From Gemmatimonadales bacterium (GTDB lineage Bacteria; Gemmatimonadota; Gemmatimonadetes; Gemmatimonadales; GWC2-71-9), in contig DASUJH010000044.1 in NCBI GenBank assembly GCA_036279355.1, forward strand, positions 3,926-67,925: a stretch of 64,000 nt of DNA, in the 5' to 3' direction. Under the pieces are notes generated by a model. It was not told where the DNA came from, ran no database searches, and saw nothing but the letters and a program-made list of their open reading frames with translations. A program made the position numbers and the translations under genes. Shown here piece by piece: positions 10,016 through 17,807 of this stretch (position 1 is the stretch's first letter; each line of letters starts with the position of its first letter).

Positions 10016-10509
10016 TACACACCCTGGCTGCCGCTCCGCCCCGGCTTCGTGGCCTCACGGCCGCCGATCGCGACCGCGTGGCCGCGATCACTCGCGCGGT
10101 TCGCCTCTTCCGCGAGGACGAAGTGCCGGTGGCCCTCGAGGTCTTCGACGGCGCGGTCGCGGGATCTCCGGACTATCTCGCCTTCGGTGCCGATGTGAGC
10201 GACACGCTCGCCGGCTGGATCTGCTGGGGGCCCACGCCCTGCACCCTCGGCACCTACGATCTCTACTGGATGGCGGTGGATCCGCCCTGGCAGCGCGCCG
10301 GCATCGGCAGCGCGCTTCTGGGTGAGATGGAGCGGCGGCTCCGGGGCCATGCACGGCTGGTCGTGGTCGAGACCGCCGGCCGCGCGGATTACGGCCCCAC
10401 CCGGCGCTTTTACGAATCCCGCGGCTACGCACGCGCGGGGCGGATTCCGGAGTTCTATGCCCCGGGCGACGATCTCGTCGTCTACACCAAGGTTCTCACG
10501 AACGGGTGA
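10012..10509 (+). CDS. GNAT-family N-acetyltransferase; start codon unresolved
   Basis: Acetyl-CoA motif WQRAGIGSALLGEME, and a C-terminal FYESRGY. Domain-like sequence begins right at the upstream stop. The only in-frame candidates are CTG 10012/10024 or GTG 10078. Confidence 0.7.
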   Translation: MIHTLAAAPPRLRGLTAADRDRVAAITRAVRLFREDEVPVALEVFDGAVAGSPDYLAFGADVSDTLAGWICWGPTPCTLGTYDLYWMAVDPPWQRAGIGSALLGEMERRLRGHARLVVVETAGRADYGPTRRFYESRGYARAGRIPEFYAPGDDLVVYTKVLTNG

Positions 10510-11675
10510 CGTCAATGGAGAGCTGGCAAGAGGTCCTGCGAAAGAACTCGATACACTCGCTCGACGCGCTCGCGGAGCGGTTCGGGCCCGAGCACTTTCC
10601 CGAGCTGGATCGGCTGCGTCAGGCCGCCGAGAACTTCGAGTTCCGGATTTCGCCGGCGATGCTGGAGCTCATCCAGTCGCCCGACGACCCGATCTGGCGG
10701 CAGTACGTGCCCACGGTCGAGGAGCTCGAGGTGGTGGACGGCATCGTCGATTCGCTGAGCGAAGATCGCGACAGCCCGGTGCCCAACATCACGCACCGCT
10801 ACCCCGACCGCGCGCTCTTTCTCGTCTCCCCCGTCTGCGCCAGCTATTGCCGCTTCTGCACCCGCCGGCGCAAGGTGGGCGATCCGCAGAAGATCCCGAT
10901 GTCGCAGTTCGAGAGCGCCTTCCGATATCTCGAGGAGCACAGCGAGATCCGCGACGTGATCATGAGCGGTGGCGACCCGCTCCTGCTCAACGACCGGCGG
11001 CTCGAGGCCATCCTCACCCGGCTCCGGGCCATCCCACACATTGAGATCATCCGGATCGGGAGCCGCGTTCCCTGCCATCTTCCCGAGCGGATCACGCCGG
11101 AGCTCTGCGCCATGCTGCGGCGGTTCCATCCGCTCTTCATCAACACGCACTTCAACCACCCCGACGAGCTGACACCCGCGGCCGTGCACGGGCTTGGCAT
11201 GCTGGCGGACGCCGGCATTCCACTCGGCTGCCAGACGGTGCTGCTCCGCGGCGTCAACGACGATCCGCTCGTCATGCGGCGCCTCATGCAGCGGCTGCTC
11301 ATGGCGCGGGTGCGGCCCTACTACATCTACCAGGCCGACCAGGTGGCCGGCGCCGAGCATTTCCGGGTGCCGATCGAGCGTGGCCTCGAGATTATGCAGG
11401 CCCTCCGCGGCTGGACCAGCGGCCTCGCGGTGCCGTACTACGTGATCGACGCGCCCGGCGGTGGCGGCAAGATCCCGCTGCTGCCGGAGTACGTCGAGCG
11501 GATCACCGAGGACGAGGTGGTGCTGCGCAACTTCCAGGGCAGGCGCTTCGTCTACAAGCAACCGCAGGAGCCGGTCGAGGTGGGCGCGGACCCGGAGTTC
11601 TTCGTGCCGCCCAAGTTTTCGCTTGAGGCGCCGCGTCGCAAGCGACAGTCGAAGATTCGGCGGAAGTCGGCGTAG
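10506..11675 (+). CDS. KamA-family radical-SAM aminomutase (lysine 2,3-aminomutase-like)
   Basis: CASYCRFCTRR (CX3CX2C), SGGDPLL, and DAPGGGGKIPL (PLP-lysine region). GTG 10506 overlaps the GNAT stop (GTGA); ATG 10515 is an alternative start. Confidence 0.88.
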   Translation: MTSMESWQEVLRKNSIHSLDALAERFGPEHFPELDRLRQAAENFEFRISPAMLELIQSPDDPIWRQYVPTVEELEVVDGIVDSLSEDRDSPVPNITHRYPDRALFLVSPVCASYCRFCTRRRKVGDPQKIPMSQFESAFRYLEEHSEIRDVIMSGGDPLLLNDRRLEAILTRLRAIPHIEIIRIGSRVPCHLPERITPELCAMLRRFHPLFINTHFNHPDELTPAAVHGLGMLADAGIPLGCQTVLLRGVNDDPLVMRRLMQRLLMARVRPYYIYQADQVAGAEHFRVPIERGLEIMQALRGWTSGLAVPYYVIDAPGGGGKIPLLPEYVERITEDEVVLRNFQGRRFVYKQPQEPVEVGADPEFFVPPKFSLEAPRRKRQSKIRRKSA

Positions 11676-11706
11676 CGCCGGCCCGATACCCCCGGGGGCG
11701 TGATGC

Positions 11707-13326
11707 TCAGTGCACTGTCCAGCGCGGGAGCGCGCTGAGCCAACTATACGGATCGATGGCCACGTCCCCCAGGCGGCGGCTCACCGCCGCCGAGTTGTCA
11801 GGCGAATAGAGAAAGATCGCGGGCGCGTCCGCATTGAGTGTGTCCATCGCCTCGCGGTAGAGGCGCGCTGCGGCTTCCGGCGCCCCCTCGCGGGTGGCCC
11901 GCGTGAAGATCGAATCGAATCGCGGGTTGGCATAGTGCCCGTAGTTGAGCGCGCCCCACCCCACCCGGGTCCACTGATCGGCCAAGCCGCGCGGACTCGG
12001 CTCGTCGAGCCAGGCGCCGATGTAGCTGTCGAACTTTCCCTGCCCCAAACGCTCCTGGAACACCGGAAAGTCCACCGCCGTCACCGTCAGCCGCGCGCCG
12101 ACGGCGCGCCAGGCCTCCTGCAGCGCGATGGCGAGCTGCCGGCGCGAGGTGCTCGTGGCGGGCACCAGCACGTCAAAGGCGAGCGCGGCGCCGCCGCGGT
12201 GCCGGACGCCGTCGGAGCGCAGGCGCCAACCTGCGGCATCGAGCGCGCGCCGGGCCGCGGCGGTGTCGTACGGAATCGTCCGGATGCTGTCGCTCCAGAT
12301 CCAGAGCAGGCGCGACATCGGACCCGGCGGTGCCACGGCGCGCGGCCCGAGCACCGCATGCGCCAGTGACGCCCGATCGATGGCCATCGCGAGCGCGCGC
12401 CGGGTCGCGCGATCGGTGAGCGCCAGCCGGGTTCTACCTCCGGCACCCGGCGCGGCGAGATTGAAGCCGAGGAAGCCATACGCGGCCGAGGGGTAGGAGA
12501 CCACGCGAAAGGCCGTGTCGCGCTCCACGCGCGCCACGCCGGTGGGCGTCGCGGCCAACTCCATGAGATCGGCGGCGTGGCTCAGGATGAGGTTGAGCGT
12601 GGCTTCCGGATCGGGGGCAAAGCGCCAGACCAGCTCGCGGATGTTGGTCCGGGCCTCGTCGCGGGCGCCGAGCTTGAGATACTGGCCGCGCTTCCACTCG
12701 GTCACCCGATACGGGCCGCTGCCCACGAGATGCGCGAGTGCGGTGTCCGCCGCCCACTCCTTGCGCGGAATTTCCGCCCAGATGTGGGCCGGCATGATTC
12801 GGACGTGGTACGTCGCGTCGTAGAGCTGCTCGGGATACGCCTCGGTGAACGCGATCCGCACCGTGGCCGAATCCTCCGCGGTCACCGTCATGCGCCCCGC
12901 GATGTTCGGGCGCGCGGGCGAGTCGAGCACCGAGTCGGCGTACGCATCGAATGAAAACCGCACATCTTGGGCGGTAATCGGAGCGCCATCGGCCCAGCGC
13001 GCCGTCGGTGAGAGGTGGAAGCGCCACGTGCGCGCGTCGACCCGCTCCCAACCCTCGGCAAGGCGCGGGCGATACGCGGTGGAGTCGATGGTCGGCCGGC
13101 CGGGCTCGAGGTCGGCGAGTCGCTCGTAGACCATGTCGCCGATGTCGCGGGCCACCGTTTCGTCAGCGAGCGGGGGCAAAATGGTGACCGGCTCGCCCGT
13201 CGCCGCGACCACGACGGCCGCGCGACCGCGGTCCGCGCCATCGGCCCGTTCCCGGCAGCCGCTCGCCGCCACCGCCGCGCCCGCCGCCATACATATCGCC
13301 ACCATCTCGCGCCACCCGTGCGGCAT
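11707..13326 (-). CDS. ABC transporter substrate-binding protein, family 5 (peptide/nickel type); orphan
   Basis: Signal peptide with lipobox (AVAASGC). About 540 aa with a DppA/OppA-like architecture. No permease or ATPase genes adjacent. Confidence 0.75.
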   Translation of the reverse strand: MPHGWREMVAICMAAGAAVAASGCRERADGADRGRAAVVVAATGEPVTILPPLADETVARDIGDMVYERLADLEPGRPTIDSTAYRPRLAEGWERVDARTWRFHLSPTARWADGAPITAQDVRFSFDAYADSVLDSPARPNIAGRMTVTAEDSATVRIAFTEAYPEQLYDATYHVRIMPAHIWAEIPRKEWAADTALAHLVGSGPYRVTEWKRGQYLKLGARDEARTNIRELVWRFAPDPEATLNLILSHAADLMELAATPTGVARVERDTAFRVVSYPSAAYGFLGFNLAAPGAGGRTRLALTDRATRRALAMAIDRASLAHAVLGPRAVAPPGPMSRLLWIWSDSIRTIPYDTAAARRALDAAGWRLRSDGVRHRGGAALAFDVLVPATSTSRRQLAIALQEAWRAVGARLTVTAVDFPVFQERLGQGKFDSYIGAWLDEPSPRGLADQWTRVGWGALNYGHYANPRFDSIFTRATREGAPEAAARLYREAMDTLNADAPAIFLYSPDNSAAVSRRLGDVAIDPYSWLSALPRWTVH

Positions 13327-13350
13327 GACTCCCCCTGAGGCCGAGCGCGA

Positions 13351-13380
13351 GCGCGCGCTTATATAGCGCGCGCTTATATA
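13351..13380. repeat. perfect 15-bp tandem duplication (GCGCGCGCTTATATA x2)
   Basis: Read directly: 13351-13365 equals 13366-13380. A TATAAT hexamer spans 13377-13382. Confidence 0.95.
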
Positions 13381-13401
13381 ATGAAAAGAACGGCACGGCC
13401 G

Positions 13402-13420
13402 CTGTAACGCGGCGTTACAG
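13402..13420. promoter_or_regulatory. 19-bp perfect palindrome CTGTAACGC-G-GCGTTACAG; candidate operator
   Basis: Read directly. It lies in the 243-bp divergent intergenic region, 20 nt downstream of TATAAT. Function is inferred only. Confidence 0.4.
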
Positions 13421-13569
13421 TCTGTATTATTGTGTGCGTGAGCCGGCAGCGCCGCGAGTCTGGCGCGTTCGGCTAAGCCAATCTACCTCAAGAGCTTACT
13501 GCGAGACAACCGGGCGGTCCCCGGTTTGCCATGGGCGGGTGCGGCAGTACTTCCACCTTCTCACGGAGC

Positions 13570-14451
13570 ATGACCATGCAGACCTCTCGCTCGCTCGCGG
13601 CCGCCTTGCTCGCGGGCGCCCTCGTCCTCGCGGCGTGCAGCGGCGATACGACCGCGCCGGGCCCGCAGGGGCGGATGACCATGAGCCTGGCCTCTCGCGC
13701 GAGCGGCGCGCCGAGCGCGCGCCTCGCGTCTTTCGATATCACGTCGCCGACGCCGGGGACATTTTCCGATGGCACCAATACGCTGGTGCTGACCAGGGTC
13801 CAGGTTGTGCTTCGAAAGATCGAGCTCAAGCGTACCGGCGTGTCGGTGTGTGCCGACCTGCCCATGCCCGTCGAGATCAACACCGATGAGGGAAGCGGCG
13901 GGGGCAACGGGAGCGGCGAGGCCGAGCCTGGTGACGATCACGGCCACGACGGCGTGGAAGACGACTGCGAGGAAGCCGAGCTCGGCCCCATGCTGCTCGA
14001 CGTGCCGGTCGCGACGGCGGGCGCCGAGCAGTCGATCTCGGTGCCGCTCGACGCGGGCACTTACGACAGGGTCGAGTTCCAGATTCACAAGCCCACCGGG
14101 TCGAACGACGCCGCGTTCCTTCAGACCGATCCCGGATTCGACGGCGTGAGCATCCACGTCGAGGGCACCTGGAATGGCGCGCCGTTCACGTTCAACAGCG
14201 CGATCACGGCCGTCGAAGAGCTGGAGCTCGAGCCCCCGGTGACGCTCGCCGCCAACGGCACTACCGACCTTACGGTGCTGGTGGACGTGAGCCAGTGGTT
14301 CTCCGACGGCGCCGGGGCGCTGATCGATCCGTCGTCGGCCAACGACGGCCAGCCCAACGAGAGCCGCGTGCAACAGAACATCCAGGCATCGTTCCATGCC
14401 TTCGAGGATGCGAACGAGGACGGGAGGGACGACCACGGGACCAACGGCTGA
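13570..14451 (+). CDS. hypothetical secreted lipoprotein
   Basis: Signal peptide plus lipobox LVLAAC. Acidic GDDHGHDGVEDDCEEAE loop. Start is ATG 13570 or 13576 (GGAG at 13565-13568). Confidence 0.65.
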   Translation: MTMQTSRSLAAALLAGALVLAACSGDTTAPGPQGRMTMSLASRASGAPSARLASFDITSPTPGTFSDGTNTLVLTRVQVVLRKIELKRTGVSVCADLPMPVEINTDEGSGGGNGSGEAEPGDDHGHDGVEDDCEEAELGPMLLDVPVATAGAEQSISVPLDAGTYDRVEFQIHKPTGSNDAAFLQTDPGFDGVSIHVEGTWNGAPFTFNSAITAVEELELEPPVTLAANGTTDLTVLVDVSQWFSDGAGALIDPSSANDGQPNESRVQQNIQASFHAFEDANEDGRDDHGTNG

Positions 14452-15793
14452 TTCGATCTGGATCGCGCTCGTGCGCCTCTCCGAAAGCTTTCGGTCGGCC
14501 TTAACGGGACTGGCGGCCGAGATCGGGGTGGACTTGCTCGAGTGGGCGCCGGCAGGGGGCGATTCGCCTCCGGCCGGCGCCGCGCTGGTTCTCGTGCTCG
14601 CGGGCGGCGAGGAAGCTGCGGCGCTCGAGACCGTCGCCGAGCTGGCAGCCTCACCGGGCCCGGTATATCTGGTCGGCGGCGCGCCAGATCATCGCATCGC
14701 CGCATCGGCCTTGCAGCGCGGCGCGCGCGATTACTTCGCGCTGCCGGACGATCTCGACCTGCTGCGCCGCTCGCTCGAGCGCGAGCTGCGCGAGGCCCGG
14801 GGGCATCGCGATGCGGTGCGCTTTGCCGACGCCGAGCGGAGGGTCGCCGGCTTCGAGGCCATCCTGGGGCGGAGCCCGGCGCTGCACCGGACCCTCGCGC
14901 AGGCGGCGCGGGTGGCGCCGCACCCGGACGTGACCGTGTTGGTGGGCGGCGAGACGGGGACCGGCAAGGAGTTGCTGGCCCGGGCCATCCACTACAACAG
15001 CCCGCGCTCGGCGGCCCCGTTCGTCGAGATCAACTGCGCCGCGATTCCGGGGACGCTGCTCGAGAGCGAGCTCTTCGGGCACGAGAAGGGTGCGTTCACC
15101 GGGGCCATCGCCGCCAAGCCGGGGCTCTTCGAGATGGCGCACGGCGGCACGCTCTTTCTGGATGAGGTGGGCAACCTGCCCATCGAGCTGCAGCCCAAGC
15201 TGCTCCGCGCCCTCGAAGGCCGCGAGATCCGGCGGGTGGGTGGCCAGGCGGTGCGGACGGTGGACGTCCGCGTGATCGGTGCGACTCACGTGGATCTCGC
15301 GGCCGCGGTACGCAGGGGAGAGTTCCGCGAAGATCTCTTCTACCGGCTCAATGTCGTGGCACTGACGCTCCCGCCGCTGCGCGAGCGCGACGGCGACATC
15401 GAGCTCCTCGCGGAGACGTTCCTCGCGCGCCTTGCCACGAGCTACGGTCTGCCGGTGCCGCCACTCACGCCGGAGGGCCGCACGCTGCTCCGGATGCACC
15501 CCTGGCCCGGCAACGTGCGCGAGCTTCGCAACGCGATCGAGCGGGCGCTCGTGCTCTCGCCGCCGGGCACGCTGCGATCCGAAGAGTTGCAGCCGCCCTC
15601 CGCCGATCAGCGCCCCGGGCCGCGCGCGCCGGATGCGCTGCCGTTTCCGTCCGATCTCGCCGCCCTCGCGCGCGCGGCGGCGGCCCGGATGCTCGAGCTC
15701 ACCGGCGGCAATAAGAGCGAGGCCGCGCGCCGGCTCGCGATTTCGCGCCCGCGGCTCCAGCGGCTGCTCGACGGCCTGAGCGACGACGCCTGA
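14396..15793 (+). CDS. sigma-54-dependent transcriptional activator (NtrC/Fis family) with a degenerate receiver-like N-domain
   Basis: AAA+ core GETGTGKELLARAIH, ESELFGHEKGAFTGA (GAFTGA), and a C-terminal HTH (GGNKSEAARRLAISRPRLQRLL). Start is uncertain: ATG 14396/14408 overlap the upstream gene, or GTG 14471. Confidence 0.88.
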   Translation: MPSRMRTRTGGTTTGPTADSIWIALVRLSESFRSALTGLAAEIGVDLLEWAPAGGDSPPAGAALVLVLAGGEEAAALETVAELAASPGPVYLVGGAPDHRIAASALQRGARDYFALPDDLDLLRRSLERELREARGHRDAVRFADAERRVAGFEAILGRSPALHRTLAQAARVAPHPDVTVLVGGETGTGKELLARAIHYNSPRSAAPFVEINCAAIPGTLLESELFGHEKGAFTGAIAAKPGLFEMAHGGTLFLDEVGNLPIELQPKLLRALEGREIRRVGGQAVRTVDVRVIGATHVDLAAAVRRGEFREDLFYRLNVVALTLPPLRERDGDIELLAETFLARLATSYGLPVPPLTPEGRTLLRMHPWPGNVRELRNAIERALVLSPPGTLRSEELQPPSADQRPGPRAPDALPFPSDLAALARAAAARMLELTGGNKSEAARRLAISRPRLQRLLDGLSDDA

Positions 15794-15817
15794 CCCGAGA
15801 CTTGGAGAGAATCACCA

Positions 15818-16450
15818 ATGCGTTCGTTCCCGTTCCGATCGATTCGCCCTTTTTTCGCCAGCCTGCTCGCGGCCGCGGCCGTGGCGGCGTGCTCCGATTC
15901 GACGGCGCCGCCCACACCGCGCCCGCAGAACGAACTCCGGATCGTGACCCTCGCGCCGGACGCGCCGCCGCTGCTCGCCAACAGCGTCACGTTCAACGCC
16001 TGCAAGGGAACGAACGCCGAAGGACGGCTCTTCTTTGCCGGCATCGGCGGGACGGAGGGCGAGGAGTTCGCCCGGCTCAAGCTCGACAACGAAACGCTGC
16101 TCGCTCGGCCCGACGGAACTCCGATCGCCGACGGCGAGTGCGTCGCCGTCACGATGGGGCTCGCCGACCCGCTGTCAAAACAGCTGCTGCTCCAGCTCGA
16201 GCCGAGCGGGCTCAAGTTCGATCCGGCCCACCCGGCCGAGCTGCGGCTCGATTACGGCGAGGCCGATCTGGATTTGAACGACGATGGCAACGTCAATGCT
16301 TCGGATGCCCAGATCGAGCAGCAGCTCTCGATCTGGCGACAGGAGACGCCGGGCGATCCCTTCGTACAGTTGCCCACCACCCGCAGCGTGAGCGGGCGCA
16401 CGGGCACGTCGCTGATCACCGGCTTCACCCGTTACGCGTACGCGTTCTGA
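15818..16450 (+). CDS. hypothetical lipoprotein with a dockerin/EF-hand-like Ca-binding loop
   Basis: Lipobox AVAAC. DLNDDGNVNASD encoded at 16271-16306. C-terminus ends in YAYAF. Confidence 0.65.
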   Translation: MRSFPFRSIRPFFASLLAAAAVAACSDSTAPPTPRPQNELRIVTLAPDAPPLLANSVTFNACKGTNAEGRLFFAGIGGTEGEEFARLKLDNETLLARPDGTPIADGECVAVTMGLADPLSKQLLLQLEPSGLKFDPAHPAELRLDYGEADLDLNDDGNVNASDAQIEQQLSIWRQETPGDPFVQLPTTRSVSGRTGTSLITGFTRYAYAF

Positions 16451-16465
16451 CACCGGAGCCCGCGC

Positions 16466-17479
16466 GTGCCCGACGGTTCCTCTCCCTCACCTGACCCGGC
16501 GCGCGAGCTTCGCGCGCTGATGGCCGAGGGTCGCTTTCAGGATGCGCTGGCCGCGTTCGAGCGCGCCGAGGATCCGGGCGTGCGCCGACGCCCCGAGCTG
16601 CTGCTGCTCGCCGCATCGGCGGCAACGCGGGTGGGCAACTGGCGGGCGGGGGCATCGCACGCCGAGGCGGCGCTCGACGGCTTCGAGGCGCGCGCCGACG
16701 CGGATGGCCAGATGCGCGCGCTCAACCTGCTCGGCATCCTGGCCCTGGAGCAGGGCCATCTGACCGGCGGCGTGCGCCAGCTCGATCGCGCACTGCACCT
16801 TGCACGGCAGCTCGGCGACAGCCTGATGACCGCCCGCGTCTCCAACAATCTCGCGAGCGCGGTGCACCAGCAGGGCAAGCTGGCGGCGGCGCTCAGTCTC
16901 TTCCGCGCATCGCTTCTGAGCTACCAGCGCCTGGGCGACCGCCGCGGCACCGCGGAGACCTACCACAACCTGGGCGTCGTGTTCCGGCAGCAGGAGGAGT
17001 GGTCGGAGGCGGAGGAGGCATCGTCGCAGGCGGTGCGCCACGCGGAGTTAGTGCAGGAGCGCGCGCTCGTCGCGCAGGCGATGATGGGGCGGGCCGAGAT
17101 CCACCTTGACCGGCGCGAGCTGGCGGTGGCCCGGCGCGAGCTGGCGCGCGCCGCCCAGATCGCGGCGGAGGCGCACGACGAGATCGGGCTCGCCGAAGCC
17201 GCGCGCCTGCGTGCGCTCATGGCGCTCAACGAAGGCGATGCAGCGCTCGCCCTCAGCGAAGCGGAGGCGGCGCACGCGGCGGCGCTCGCCCACGGCAGCG
17301 CGCTGCAGCAGGCCGAGTGCGTGGCCGTCGCCGCGCGCGCGCTCAGGGCCGCGGGCCGCGGCCAGGAGGCGGAGGCGCGCCGCGTCGAAGCTGTCCGCCT
17401 CTTCGGCGTCCTCGGCGCCGTCAAGTGGCTGGCCGACTTTGCGGAGAAGTGGGAGGGGGACGCCTCGAGCGAGCGGTGA
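16466..17479 (+). CDS. tetratricopeptide-repeat (TPR) protein
   Basis: Repeated Ala/Leu-rich 34-aa-like helical repeats (NLLGILALEQG, NNLASAVHQQG, YHNLGVVFRQQ). GTG start with GGAG upstream. Confidence 0.7.
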   Translation: MPDGSSPSPDPARELRALMAEGRFQDALAAFERAEDPGVRRRPELLLLAASAATRVGNWRAGASHAEAALDGFEARADADGQMRALNLLGILALEQGHLTGGVRQLDRALHLARQLGDSLMTARVSNNLASAVHQQGKLAAALSLFRASLLSYQRLGDRRGTAETYHNLGVVFRQQEEWSEAEEASSQAVRHAELVQERALVAQAMMGRAEIHLDRRELAVARRELARAAQIAAEAHDEIGLAEAARLRALMALNEGDAALALSEAEAAHAAALAHGSALQQAECVAVAARALRAAGRGQEAEARRVEAVRLFGVLGAVKWLADFAEKWEGDASSER

Positions 17480-17807
17480 CGACGCTGTAGATCGCGAGAT
17501 TGAGCCCGACCACGAACATGCCGAGCGCCACCTGCACGCCGTGCGTGAGTCCCGCCGGATACAGCACCGGCAGGATGTAGTGACCCACGAAGTCTCCCGC
17601 GTACGCCGGCTGGCCGGACGCAAGCCGGAGCGAGTTCTCCAGCGGAGTGAGCGGACAGACGCGCCCGCTGAACTCGATCCATGCCCCCCAGGCGGCGGCT
17701 GGGAGGTGGGCCCACGCGACCCACCCCCACCGAAGCACCAGCAGCCCACCCAATACCACGAACAGCACGAACGCGACGTGAAACAGCACGACGAGATCGG
17801 CGATCAC
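17421..17807 (-). CDS. small integral membrane protein, DUF2784-like
   Basis: Sequence ADLVVLFHVAFVLFVVLGGLLVLRW...CPLTPLENSLR. GTG 17807 overlaps the EF-G stop (GTGA). It is the terminal part of the composite 876-aa ORF. Confidence 0.65.
   Translation of the reverse strand: MIADLVVLFHVAFVLFVVLGGLLVLRWGWVAWAHLPAAAWGAWIEFSGRVCPLTPLENSLRLASGQPAYAGDFVGHYILPVLYPAGLTHGVQVALGMFVVGLNLAIYSVVTARSRRPPPTSPQSRPAT

Noticed and set aside
11676-11706. CCCCCGGGGG palindrome (11689-11698) between the convergent kamA-like and SBP genes, considered as a bidirectional terminator.
   Set aside because: There is no loop and no flanking T/A tracts, so it cannot be supported as an intrinsic terminator from sequence alone.
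13391-13407. Sigma-54 promoter-like CGGCACG-N4-CTGTA upstream of the lipoprotein/activator block.
   Set aside because: The -12 element reads GT, not the invariant GC, and the -24 element lacks the leading T. The match is too weak to call. I found no convincing GG-N10-GC promoter in any intergenic region of this window.
17771-17786. Half parS-like sequence GACGTGAAACAG.
   Set aside because: Only the right half-site matches the consensus; the left half does not. It lies inside the DUF2784-like CDS.
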